A DNA stretch of 64,000 nt from a virus (Duplodnaviria; Caudoviricetes): positions 13,690 through 77,689 of IMG/VR virus record IMGVR_UViG_3300033068_000427; one strand, given 5' to 3'. Positions within the stretch are counted from its first letter, which is position 1; the number at the start of each line of letters is the position of its first letter. Position numbers and translations under genes: made by a program. Below the pieces are notes generated by a model that was not told the DNA's origin, made no database searches, and was given only the letters and a program-made list of their open reading frames with translations. Of this stretch, positions 36,596 to 45,685 are shown piece after piece.

Positions 36596-37141
36596 ATGAA
36601 TAAAGTACCATTTGATATTCTTGAGGTTGGTTGTAAGTACGAGAGTCGTTGCGGGGAGATTTGGGAGGTCACAGGTATTAGTGACGACCAAGGCCCTTTA
36701 ACGCACAATGCTAATAATCTTGATGACGAGGATGTGTCTTCTATTTTCACCAAAACTGGTAAGTTTTGGAGTTCAAGTTCACTTTCTAGCCACCACGACC
36801 TAGTCTTTAAGGTAGCAGAAAATAAAAAGACTCGTCACAAAGTAAAACACTCTGTTGACGTTGGCGCACCAATTGCGGCAGCCAAGTGGATTTGTGAAAA
36901 CAATCCGTATATGAAAGCTCAAGGTAAGTCTGTAAATGATATGCTAAAAAGCATTCACGACAGTGTTCGTTGGCTACTAGAAGATATTGAACGGGTATCT
37001 ACAGGCACTGCTGGTTATGTGGTGAGGCGTTCTTGGGAAGATGAGGATTATTGCGTGATTGAAATCACTGTTGACCCTTGCGCCGGCAACCACGCCTACT
37101 ACGCAGATGTTGAAGACTACTTGAACCAAACCGGAGTGTAA
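36596..37141 (+). CDS. Hypothetical protein sharing its N-terminal domain with 35883..36365
   Basis: KVPFD.LEVGCKYESRCGEIWEV repeated. Confidence 0.7.
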   Translation: MNKVPFDILEVGCKYESRCGEIWEVTGISDDQGPLTHNANNLDDEDVSSIFTKTGKFWSSSSLSSHHDLVFKVAENKKTRHKVKHSVDVGAPIAAAKWICENNPYMKAQGKSVNDMLKSIHDSVRWLLEDIERVSTGTAGYVVRRSWEDEDYCVIEITVDPCAGNHAYYADVEDYLNQTGV

Positions 37142-37144
37142 TCA

Positions 37145-38065
37145 GTGCTTAACGAAGCAAACGTATATTTCGGTGAACGCGGTTATGTGCAACTCGTCAA
37201 GGACGTTCTAGAGAAAGGGGTCAGCATCCCTGATCGAACAGGTGTGGGTAGCAAGGCGCTGTTCGGGGCCACCGTTATCTACAATAAACTAGAGAACGGA
37301 CTTACCGACTTCGCTCTATCCACATCCCGTTCTTGTCCTCTACGTCTAGCATTCGAAGAAATTATGTTCTTCCTTCGTGGGAAAACAGATACCAAGAAGC
37401 TGGAAGAAAAAGGTGTATTCTTCTGGAAGGGTAACACCACACGAGAGTTTCTGGATAACCGGAATATGAAGTGGTGCGCTGAGGGTGACCTTGGGGCCGC
37501 TTACAGCTCGCAGTGGCGACGAGCTGGGGAATTCTCTGGTGTCCCTCCTGAAGCCTGTGTTGACCAATTGGCTAAGCTCTTGGAAACCCTAAAGTACGAC
37601 AAATATTCTCGACGGATGGTTGTTGACCTGTGGAACCCTGTCGAAGAATACGCGATGCCAATCACTCCTTGCTGGGCTTGGAGTCAGTGGATTGTAATCC
37701 CAGGGGAGGACGGTAAAGACTACCTGCACCTTAGCTTGGTGAATCGTAGCTTGGATGCTCTGTTTGGTTATCCATACAGTGTACAACAATACCGTCTTCT
37801 GCAATATATGCTGTGCAAGATGTTTGGATTTGAGATGGGGCAGGTGCGGGTGTGTCTCTCACATATCCACCTCTATAACAGCCAGCTAGAATATGCTACT
37901 GAGTTTGTTGAACGGGATTTTGGTGTACAAGGGCAAGTGGAAATGAATAAAGAGATTAAGTCTCTAGAAGACTTGCTTTCTGTAGAATGGAATGATATTG
38001 TTGTCTCGGGTTTGGAGGTGAATAAGTCTCCATTTAAAGCAAAGAAACCACCAATGGCTGTATAA
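37145..38065 (+). CDS. thyA: Thymidylate synthase (ThyA family), divergent active site
   Basis: DRTGVG, FEEIMFFLRG, LG..YS.QWR, SRRMVV, PC catalytic Cys, RSLD, HLY; adjacent to DHFR. Confidence 0.88.
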   Translation: MLNEANVYFGERGYVQLVKDVLEKGVSIPDRTGVGSKALFGATVIYNKLENGLTDFALSTSRSCPLRLAFEEIMFFLRGKTDTKKLEEKGVFFWKGNTTREFLDNRNMKWCAEGDLGAAYSSQWRRAGEFSGVPPEACVDQLAKLLETLKYDKYSRRMVVDLWNPVEEYAMPITPCWAWSQWIVIPGEDGKDYLHLSLVNRSLDALFGYPYSVQQYRLLQYMLCKMFGFEMGQVRVCLSHIHLYNSQLEYATEFVERDFGVQGQVEMNKEIKSLEDLLSVEWNDIVVSGLEVNKSPFKAKKPPMAV

Positions 38066-38075
38066 GGATGGATAA

Positions 38076-38504
38076 TTGATTAGTGCAATTGTTTCAGTGG
38101 ATAACAATTGGGCTATTGGGGCGGATAATAATCTTGTTGTCCGCAACCCAATAGACTTACTCTGGTTCAAGGGCTTCACTTATGGGAAAACCCTACTATG
38201 TGGCTACAACACATACCAATCACTCCCTAAGCTGAAAGGGCGTAATGTTGTTCTAGACGATAGGTATGAAGAAAGTATTCAGCTAATTCGTCACAACAAC
38301 CTTGTAGTGATAGGTGGAGCTAAGACGTACCAAAAATATGCTTACTTGGTTGGTGAGCTTTTCATCACAATCAATGACACTGAGGCTGAGAAAGTCGATT
38401 GCTACTTCCCTCACCGTCACTACGAACACTTGTCCACTCACGAGCTGATTCATAAAGGTGAGTGGGAAGGTATGAAATACAGGATTGAGAAATGGGCAGC
38501 GTAG
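38076..38504 (+). CDS. folA: Dihydrofolate reductase
   Basis: AIG..N.L....P.DL.WFK..T, GYNTYQSLP.L.GR, VIGGAKTY. Confidence 0.85.
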   Translation: MISAIVSVDNNWAIGADNNLVVRNPIDLLWFKGFTYGKTLLCGYNTYQSLPKLKGRNVVLDDRYEESIQLIRHNNLVVIGGAKTYQKYAYLVGELFITINDTEAEKVDCYFPHRHYEHLSTHELIHKGEWEGMKYRIEKWAA

Positions 38505-38695
38505 ATAATAAAGACGAATACAAAGAGCAACGTAAGGAGCATGGGTTTCAGCCTGTGCGACTTTTTGATGGGCTATCCCATACCAGATATGATAACAAGA
38601 CGGACTACAATAACGCAGTAAGTAAAGATGAGTTGTGGTACTCTGAACCCTTTATTAGAGATCGTAAGCTGGTTCTAGCTAAGCCCTTCCTGTGA
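38492..38695 (+). CDS. Hypothetical protein
   Basis: Coupled ORF. Confidence 0.55.
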   Translation: MGSVDNKDEYKEQRKEHGFQPVRLFDGLSHTRYDNKTDYNNAVSKDELWYSEPFIRDRKLVLAKPFL

Positions 38696-38729
38696 AGGAT
38701 AAAGACTCCTCACGAAAAGATTAATGTTC

Positions 38730-38759
38730 TAGACAACTGTAATTGAAGTCTGATATAAT
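38730..38759 (+). promoter_or_regulatory. sigma70-like promoter
   Basis: TAGACA-18 bp-TATAAT with extended TG. Confidence 0.6.
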
Positions 38760-38790
38760 ATTGTCTCTGTTTTATTCCAAGGAAATTGAA

Positions 38791-39270
38791 GTGTCTAAAG
38801 AAGATGTGAAGCGTTTTAATGTGATTGCTGGTAATGCTCCGTCCCAAGGTGATCTATGGGAATGCTGGAAGCAGCTCAAGCATCAGATGGATTTGGTGTA
38901 CGAAGAAGCACTAGAAGGTAAGGAGGCATCCTCCTCTGAGGATATGCTTGAACTGATTGATGCATGGGCAGATGTGTGGTACACAAACACATACCTTGGT
39001 CAACTGCTTGAAGCCTTCGGTGTAAATACTAAGGCTGTAATTGAAGAAGTGTGCAAGAACAACAATCAGAAGTTTACCACTAGCTACACTTACGCTTCTG
39101 AGAGTAAAGAAGCTCTTGAAGAGAAAGGTGTGCGGTGTTATATTGAACAAACTGTGTACCAAGGCGCTACATACTACACAGTGTGTCGTTCTGAAGATCG
39201 GAAAGTAATGAAGCTGAAACACCACGAAAGTCCTGAGCTTTCTAAATTTCTACCGAAGGAGTTTGCATAA
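38791..39270 (+). CDS. MazG-like nucleoside triphosphate pyrophosphohydrolase (start reassigned to GTG 38791)
   Basis: VYEEALE...E..ELIDAWADVWY, EVCKNN.QK; AAGGA RBS. Confidence 0.75.
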   Translation: MSKEDVKRFNVIAGNAPSQGDLWECWKQLKHQMDLVYEEALEGKEASSSEDMLELIDAWADVWYTNTYLGQLLEAFGVNTKAVIEEVCKNNNQKFTTSYTYASESKEALEEKGVRCYIEQTVYQGATYYTVCRSEDRKVMKLKHHESPELSKFLPKEFA

Positions 39271-39506
39271 TGACCAGCTATGATGTTCGTAAAAACAGCT
39301 CTGCGGATATTACCGATATAGTGTTTTCTGAAGAGTACGGAAGGGAAAATCAAGATATTGCTAACCACATCGTGAAGTCCGATGACTACAACAACTGTGT
39401 TGAGGTACGAGACTGCGGAGACTTTGTTATTATTGAATCTGCAGAACAGGCTCGAAATCTTCAGAAAGCCCTAGATAAGGCAATTGAACTTGGTTGGTTG
39501 AAATGA
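39270..39506 (+). CDS. Hypothetical protein
   Basis: NL.KAL.KAIELGW motif; AAGGAG RBS. Confidence 0.7.
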   Translation: MTSYDVRKNSSADITDIVFSEEYGRENQDIANHIVKSDDYNNCVEVRDCGDFVIIESAEQARNLQKALDKAIELGWLK

Positions 39507-39697
39507 AGACTACCTCTGTTAACAATCGTGAACAAAACGCTGAGAAGACTGCAACTAGTGAAAGCAAAGACCTTACCGGAGTGTCAGGAACACTGCATCT
39601 GCTGGGGTCATCTGCTAATAATGCTAAGCGCCTTGAGTCTTCTATTGCCCAACTCAAGCTAGGTAACGTCCTTACCAAAGAGCTGCCGATGAGTTAG
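39503..39697 (+). CDS. Hypothetical protein
   Basis: ATGA-coupled. Confidence 0.5.
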   Translation: MKTTSVNNREQNAEKTATSESKDLTGVSGTLHLLGSSANNAKRLESSIAQLKLGNVLTKELPMS

Positions 39698-39775
39698 TAA
39701 TCCGGCATAGTTTGCTGAAATAACCGAAGGGGCGAAAGCCCCTTCCCTCCCACAAAGAACAACAAAGGAAGTAAA

Positions 39776-40189
39776 ATGAGTGCATTCGTATACAAACAAA
39801 TCTCATCCTATGATCTACTCCAAGTAAAAGAATATAAAGACCTACTTCTTGAAGATAACCAAGAAGAACTGAAGAAAGTGTTGTACGATCTTGGCCTTGA
39901 TGTGTATCACGAAGAGTTTGAAATCATTTCCCGAGATCATCGTCCCCTAAGTAAGAAAGACAACATCCCTTGGTTCGGCCCCATCTTCATCTCGGCAGAA
40001 CGACAAGACAAAGAGTGGCTTGAATCGGGTTACGCAAGTGAAGAAGCTCTTGTAGAATCCAAAGGAGATGTTAGCCTCATTGTAGAACTAAACAAGATTG
40101 GACGACAGAGTAATTTCACCGGCAGTATCATTGAGAACGCTAAGCGTCACAAGAAAGTAATCCAAAAAGAGTGGAAGGAAAGTAAGTAA
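39776..40189 (+). CDS. Hypothetical protein
   Basis: AAGGA RBS; directly upstream of nrdA. Confidence 0.7.
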   Translation: MSAFVYKQISSYDLLQVKEYKDLLLEDNQEELKKVLYDLGLDVYHEEFEIISRDHRPLSKKDNIPWFGPIFISAERQDKEWLESGYASEEALVESKGDVSLIVELNKIGRQSNFTGSIIENAKRHKKVIQKEWKESK

Positions 40190-41070
40190 TGAAAGAAGTT
40201 TTTGTGACCAAGCGTGATGGCAGTAAAGAACTACTAGACATTAACAAGATTCACAAGGTGGTGCAGTGGGCTTGTGAGGGCGTCGAAGGCGTTTCTACAT
40301 CGGAAGTTGAAAGTCAAGCTAAGCTGAAGTTTTTCAATGGAATGAAGACTAATGATCTCCACGAAGCACTGGTGAACGCTGCACACGAACTTATCAGCGA
40401 GTACGCCTACAACTACGACATAGTTGCTGGTCGTCTGGCAATGTATGATGTTCGCAAGAAGGTGTATGGTAAGTTTGAGCCAAACCACATCACAGATATT
40501 GTGCGTACCAATGTGCAACAAGGCTGGTACGATCCTGAGATTGAGTCACTGTATACCCCCGAGCAATGGAATCAGCTTAACGACTACATTAAGCACGAAC
40601 GAGACTTCGACTTCCGCATTGCTGGCGTAAAAGAGTGGCGCTCTAAGTATCTTGTGAAGAATCGTAAGACAGGGGAATACAAAGAGAGTCCGCAAGTCGC
40701 CTACATGCTTGTTGCTGCTGTGCTTATGCACAAATACGTCAAGGATGAGGGGATAAAGATTGTACTCGACTACTACGATGCAATCTCTACGGGAGATATT
40801 ACCCTTCCCTCTCCTGTACTTGCTGGTGTACGAACGCCTACTCGCCAGTTTGCAAGTTGTACTGTTGTTGAGTGCGGAGATAGTCTCAACAGCATCACTG
40901 CCACTGTAGATGCGCTGGTTAAGTACGCCAGCCGTAAAGCAGGGCTTGGTGTTGGGGTTTACAATCTTCGTGCAGAGAAGCAGAAGGTGAAGGGTGGTGC
41001 AGTAACAACCACAGGGCCTATTCCTTTCACACAGTTGATGCAGTCTGCTGTACTGAGCTGTAGTCAGGGT
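40189..41070 (+). CDS. nrdA: Ribonucleotide reductase class Ia alpha subunit, exon 1 (with ATP cone)
   Basis: VTKRDGS ATP cone, LPSPVLAG.RT..RQFASC, ends SCSQG. Confidence 0.95.
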
Positions 41071-41775
41071 TAATTTTAGCCGTCTAAGTCAGAAATGGTT
41101 TAGAGTATGATCTCTTTAATTGCTGGGAACTCCTAAAGACCACAACACTACAAAGTGAGCCGAAAGGTTGAGCTTGAATGTTTGAAAAGCTTGTGGTATA
41201 CTAGACCTCCTTTTAATATTTGGAGGTTTACAATGGACAATCAGCAGGAAAGTACCTTACTAGTACATCCACTTGATAGTGACTACTTTGTATCAGTGGA
41301 TGGAAAAATATACAGCAAGAAGCGTGGCAACAAGCTAAAAGAGTTAAAACAACACCTACATAAAGGTAGAGGCAGAAAACCTTATCTTAGAGTAAGGGTA
41401 ATGGGTCGCCTATTCTTGGTTCACAGGTTTATTGCTTGTCTGATTATTGGACGAGAAATAAGAGCAGATGAACAAGTAAACCATTTGGACGGTGATACCT
41501 TGAACAACAACCTAGATAATTTGGAAGTTGTTAGTTTCAAAGAAAATGTAGTTCACGCTGTTGTAAACAATCTCTACTGTTCCGGTGAAGATTGGTATGC
41601 TGCTAGAAGGTAAATCTTCAACGACTAGGCCACAGGGCCGTAGCTTCAAGCGAAGCGAAATGGGAGATACCTGACCACGAAAGGTGAAGGTAAAGATATA
41701 GTCTGGTCTGCATAGTAATATGCAGCAGTTCATAAGAGAACGGGGTAGGTTTAGCGAACCTATCTGAACACAACG
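41071..41775 (+). mobile_element. Group I intron 1 in nrdA (705 nt) carrying an HNH ORF
   Basis: Exon ends U, intron ends G; P AATTGCTGGGAA, Q AATCAGCAGG, R TCAACGACTA, S AAGATATAGTC; splicing restores SQG|GVRKGS. Confidence 0.92.
41233..41613 (+). CDS. Intron-encoded HNH endonuclease (start reassigned to ATG 41233)
   Basis: GGAGG RBS; VHRFIA...QVNHLDGDTLNN.LDNLEVVS..EN..HA. Confidence 0.85.
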   Translation: MDNQQESTLLVHPLDSDYFVSVDGKIYSKKRGNKLKELKQHLHKGRGRKPYLRVRVMGRLFLVHRFIACLIIGREIRADEQVNHLDGDTLNNNLDNLEVVSFKENVVHAVVNNLYCSGEDWYAARR

Positions 41776-42204
41776 GGAGTAAGGAAGGGTAGCGTAACCT
41801 TCTTCCACAACATTTGGCACAAAGACGTTGAATCTCTCCTTGTGCTGAAGAACAATAAAGGTACTGAAGAAACCCGCGTCCGACACAGTGACCACGGATT
41901 CAATATCAACGGGTTCTTGTGGAAGAAGATGGTGAGTGGTGAGGATATGTACCTATTCTCGCCAGAGGAAGTTCCTGATCTACAAGAAGCTTTCTTCTCC
42001 GACAGTGACAAGTTTGCACTTCTTTATGAGAAGTACAGTAAGAGCAATAAAGTAAGTAAGGTAAAAGTCCCTGCTGCTGAAATTCGAGACTTGCTGCTCA
42101 CTGAGCGTATCGGCACTAGCCGTGTGTACATTAACAACGTAGATAGCTGTAACACTCAAGGTAGTTTCAAGCCTGAGTATGCTCCAATCAAGCAATCCAA
42201 CCTT
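41776..42204 (+). CDS. nrdA: nrdA exon 2
   Basis: GVRKGSVTFFHNIWHKDVESLLVLKNNKG...IKQSNL. Confidence 0.93.
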
Positions 42205-42512
42205 TAACATACCAGAGGTTGTAAAACCGTGTGAATTCGGTGGAAGCCCCATCCTCTTTGAGAAGGGTAATACCGAGCGAAGCCCAATGACAGAGCTAGA
42301 GCGAATGCTGCGTCTTGTCTAGCAATTTGACGCTGTGTGAGAAGTTGGGAACGTGTAGAGACTAGATGTGATGAGTGTAACATCGTAGCTTCAAGTGAAG
42401 CGAAGCGCACGGCACTGGAAAGTGATGAGATAGTCCGCTCTGTACAGGAATGTACAGCAGGAGTGAGTGTTAGACTCCGGGCCAGAATTAACGACTCTGG
42501 TTGAACACAAGG
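42205..42512 (+). mobile_element. Group I intron 2 in nrdA (308 nt, no ORF)
   Basis: P GAATTCGGTGGAA, Q AATACCGAGC, R GTAGAGACTA, S GAGATAGTCC; splicing restores QSNL|CLEI. Confidence 0.92.
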
Positions 42513-43442
42513 TGTTTGGAAATTACGCTACCAACTAAACCTTTGGAGCATTTCGATGATCCGAATGGTCTGATTAGTCTTTGCACTCTTAGTGCAATTA
42601 ATTGGGGTAAGATCAAGAACCCTAAACAGTTTGAAAAAGTGTGTAAGCTGGCCGTGTATGCCCTTGATGCTCTCCTAGACTATCAAGACTATCCCCTGCG
42701 AGCTGCACGCAACAGTACAGAGTGGTATCGTCCTCTCGGTATTGGTATCAACGATCTTGCCCACTTCCTTGCGAAGAAAGGCTTGAAGTACGATGTAGAT
42801 GCTCTTGGTGTAGTTGACGAGTATATGGAAGCTATGGCTTTCCACCTCACCAAAGCTTCTGTTGAGCTGGCCAAAAAATATGGCGCTTGTGGTAAGGTGG
42901 AACACACCCGCTACTCGGATGGCGTTGTACCCTGTGATGTGCGAAAGGTTGGTGTTGATTCACTGATTGAACACAAGGAGCGAATGGATTGGGATGGCTT
43001 GCGTAACGACTTGAAGCTGTACGGGATTCGTAATGCAACTTTGATGGCAGCAATGCCGTCTGAAACTTCAAGTCGTGTGCAGAACCTTACCAATGGAATC
43101 GAGCCTGTTCGTGACTTGATTGCAGTGAAAGATGGTATTAGTATCGTAGCCCCTGAAGCTGAAAAGCTAAAGAGTAAATATGTCAGTGCTTGGGATGTAG
43201 ACGTTGAGGATTACCTGAAGGTCGTGGCAGTGCTGCAGAAGTGGATTGACCAATCTATTAGCACAAACACCACATACGATCCTTCCCGATTCCCAGAGGG
43301 GAAGATTCCCGGTAATCTGGTACTTCGTCACCTTCTGCTTGGATACAAGTGGGGAGTGAAGACGTTCTACTACAACAACAACGTCAAGCAAGACACAGTT
43401 GTTGACAAGCAAGAAGAGTCGTGCGATTCTTGCGTTCTGTAA
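42513..43442 (+). CDS. nrdA: nrdA exon 3
   Basis: CLEITLP, SLCTLSAIN, RPLGIG, AAMPSETSS, KTFYY, C-terminal CDSC; spliced product about 746 aa. Confidence 0.95.
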   Translation, partial: CLEITLPTKPLEHFDDPNGLISLCTLSAINWGKIKNPKQFEKVCKLAVYALDALLDYQDYPLRAARNSTEWYRPLGIGINDLAHFLAKKGLKYDVDALGVVDEYMEAMAFHLTKASVELAKKYGACGKVEHTRYSDGVVPCDVRKVGVDSLIEHKERMDWDGLRNDLKLYGIRNATLMAAMPSETSSRVQNLTNGIEPVRDLIAVKDGISIVAPEAEKLKSKYVSAWDVDVEDYLKVVAVLQKWIDQSISTNTTYDPSRFPEGKIPGNLVLRHLLLGYKWGVKTFYYNNNVKQDTVVDKQEESCDSCVL

Positions 43443-43475
43443 AGCAATAAGGGAGTCGAAAGGCTCCCTCTTCTA

Positions 43476-44567
43476 ATGGAGATATTCGTGTCTGTATTTA
43501 AAGTAAGAGACATTGAACACGGTAAAGCTAAGCTGTTCTTCGATGAGAGTGGCACCGTGGATATTCAGCGATTTGAGTCTTCTAAGTACCCAATCTTTGC
43601 AAAGCTGCTAGATCAACAACAGTCTTTCTTCTGGCGTCCTAGTGAGATTAACCTAAGTAAAGACGCAATTGATTTCAAGGGCTTCACTAAGGCGCAGGAA
43701 CACGTCTTTACTTCCAACCTCAAACGTCAGATTCTACTCGATAGTGTGCAAGGACGTGCCCCGTCACTGTGTTACGGCCCTATCGTATCTGACCCAAGCC
43801 TTGAGGCATTGATTGCTTGGTGGACAGCTATTGAGGTGATTCACAGTCAAAGCTATACGCACATCCTACGAAACGTATACCCTAACCCGTCGAAAGTCTT
43901 TGATGAAATGAAAGGAATTCGTGAGATCGTTGAGTGTGGTGATAGTGTAAGCATCCACTATGATGAGCTGCTTGAACGTCAAAAACGCCTTGAATATGGG
44001 CACTTTGAAACGAAGCGTTCGCTCTATCGTAGCCTGCTTGCAACTAACGCCCTTGAGCAGATTCGATTCCAAGTGAGCTTCGCTTGTACGTTTGCATTTG
44101 GACAGCAAGACCTAATGTCGGGTAGTAGTAAGATTGTTGGCTTGATTCGTCAAGATGAAGCCCTACATTGTGGCATCACTCAAAACCTGCTAAAGTATTT
44201 GCCTCAAGATGATGAAGACTTTATTCGCATTGCAGAGGAAGAACGAGCAACAGCTAAAGAGATTTATCTAGACGTTCACAAGCAAGAAAAAGAGTGGGTT
44301 GACTTCCTGTTCCAAGAAGGGCCAATCTTCGGTCTGACACCAGAAGAGCTCAAGCTCTACCTTGACTGGCTAGTTGACAATCGGATGCAACACTTTGGTC
44401 TTGAAAGTGATATCGTTGCACCTAAGAAGAAACCGCTGCCGTGGCTTCGTCGTTGGGAGGATGGTAAGAGTGACCAAGTAGCACCACAAGAAAGTGAGAT
44501 TATCTCTTACCAAGTTGGTAACGTAGATATGAACATCAGTAACGACTCTATTGATTTTGATTTCTAA
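43476..44567 (+). CDS. nrdB: Ribonucleotide reductase class Ia beta subunit (start possibly GTG 43488)
   Basis: FFWRPSEI, LKRQILLDSVQGR, EVIHSQSY, LEQIRF.VSFAC.F, DEALH, VAPQE.EI.SY. Confidence 0.95.
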   Translation: MEIFVSVFKVRDIEHGKAKLFFDESGTVDIQRFESSKYPIFAKLLDQQQSFFWRPSEINLSKDAIDFKGFTKAQEHVFTSNLKRQILLDSVQGRAPSLCYGPIVSDPSLEALIAWWTAIEVIHSQSYTHILRNVYPNPSKVFDEMKGIREIVECGDSVSIHYDELLERQKRLEYGHFETKRSLYRSLLATNALEQIRFQVSFACTFAFGQQDLMSGSSKIVGLIRQDEALHCGITQNLLKYLPQDDEDFIRIAEEERATAKEIYLDVHKQEKEWVDFLFQEGPIFGLTPEELKLYLDWLVDNRMQHFGLESDIVAPKKKPLPWLRRWEDGKSDQVAPQESEIISYQVGNVDMNISNDSIDFDF

Positions 44568-44576
44568 GGGTGAGTT

Positions 44577-44735
44577 ATGATCAGACTAATTAAATGGTTA
44601 GTGTGGGGAGACTCCCACCTGCACAAATGGGAGATTCACGAACAGTGTACTTGGTCGAGCGATAGAGGAACGCACGGAAATGCGTTCTGGATGAAATGCT
44701 CTCATTGCGGTAAAATGAAATTTGTTAAGCGATAA
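44577..44735 (+). CDS. 52-aa hypothetical protein with H..W...C..CG zinc-ribbon-like pattern (not in ORF track)
   Basis: MIRLIKWLVWGDSHLHKWE...KCSHCGKMK. Confidence 0.55.
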   Translation: MIRLIKWLVWGDSHLHKWEIHEQCTWSSDRGTHGNAFWMKCSHCGKMKFVKR

Positions 44736-44756
44736 CACAATTAAGGAATAAAGAAT

Positions 44757-44990
44757 ATGTACACCGTCTACTCTAAAAACAACTGCACCTACTGCCAGAA
44801 AGCTAAGCAACTACTTCAGCAAAGTGGTGAACAATACGAAGTGTTGACTCTCGGTGCAGACTATGATCGTGAGTGGCTGATTGACCACATTCACACCAAC
44901 TACAACATCATTCCCCGGACTATGCCTGTGATTCTGTGTGATGGTGAGTATGTTGGTGGTTACACTGATCTTCTTGCAGAACTGAGCTAA
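44757..44990 (+). CDS. grx: Glutaredoxin
   Basis: YSKNNCTYCQKAK, RTMPVI, YVGGYTDL. Confidence 0.92.
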   Translation: MYTVYSKNNCTYCQKAKQLLQQSGEQYEVLTLGADYDREWLIDHIHTNYNIIPRTMPVILCDGEYVGGYTDLLAELS

Positions 44991-45026
44991 CTGGACTAAC
45001 CGAACTAACTGAACTAGCTTGAACAC

Positions 45027-45055
45027 AAGCCCTGACAGAAATGTTGGGGCTTTTT
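45027..45055 (+). terminator. Rho-independent terminator
   Basis: AAGCCCTGACA-GAAA-TGTTGGGGCTT then TTT. Confidence 0.75.
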
Positions 45056-45065
45056 AATCAAAGAT

Positions 45066-45492
45066 TTTCACACGTCATTAAAATGCACATGTGGCTATCT
45101 TTCTACTTAGCACAACAAAAATAAAAAGCTACGCTTCGCTCTTTGCACCACCAAACAACCATCGAAGCTGTCGCTTCTTTCTTGCACAACACATCTAAGA
45201 GCTTCTGTTATCACTGTGTTTAACACGATAGGTAGTTACAGCTCAGCTATCACAGCTTGGTTAACACAATCAGTTAACAGGGCTAGGTGAACGATGTAGG
45301 TTGACAGTGTAGGTGAACGAGATAGGTGACAAAGAACAACAAATGAGAAACAAGAAATAGATGTGCAAATAAATGACTTTAGTATGTCTATTTAATCTGT
45401 CTCTTATATCAGTCTTACTATTGTGCATTTTGATGACGTGTGAAATGCAGTTTTGATGACGTGTACGAGTCATAAATTATGACGTGTGAAAT
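45066..45492. repeat. Iteron-like region: 24-bp inverted repeat plus three direct ATGACGTGT repeats at exact 23-bp period
   Basis: 45066-45089 vs 45422-45445 are 23/24 complementary; ATGACGTGT at 45433, 45456, 45479. Confidence 0.8.
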
Positions 45493-45495
45493 AGG

Positions 45496-45633
45496 ATGAG
45501 GACAGTGAAGCTACTACTTCCCAAGTTTGTGCTTGAGTGGATAGACAAGAATCGAGGCGAATTGAGCCGTCAATCCTTTATTGTTAATCACCTGAAGAAA
45601 CTTGCAGAGGGTTGCAAAGAACAAGAACGCTAA
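45496..45633 (+). CDS. 45-aa ribbon-helix-helix (CopG/Arc-like) protein (not in ORF track)
   Basis: MRTVKLLLPKFVLEWIDKNRGELSRQSFIVNHLKK: alternating beta strand, helix ending WID, SRQSFI second helix. Confidence 0.65.
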   Translation: MRTVKLLLPKFVLEWIDKNRGELSRQSFIVNHLKKLAEGCKEQER

Positions 45634-45685
45634 TCCTCTATCTAAACCTGCCTCTACTTACTCTAGACTCACTATGAGGTGTTGA

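Noticed and set aside
44985-45022. Short AACT/GAACT tandem motifs after glutaredoxin
   Set aside because: Low-complexity and irregular; no evidence of function
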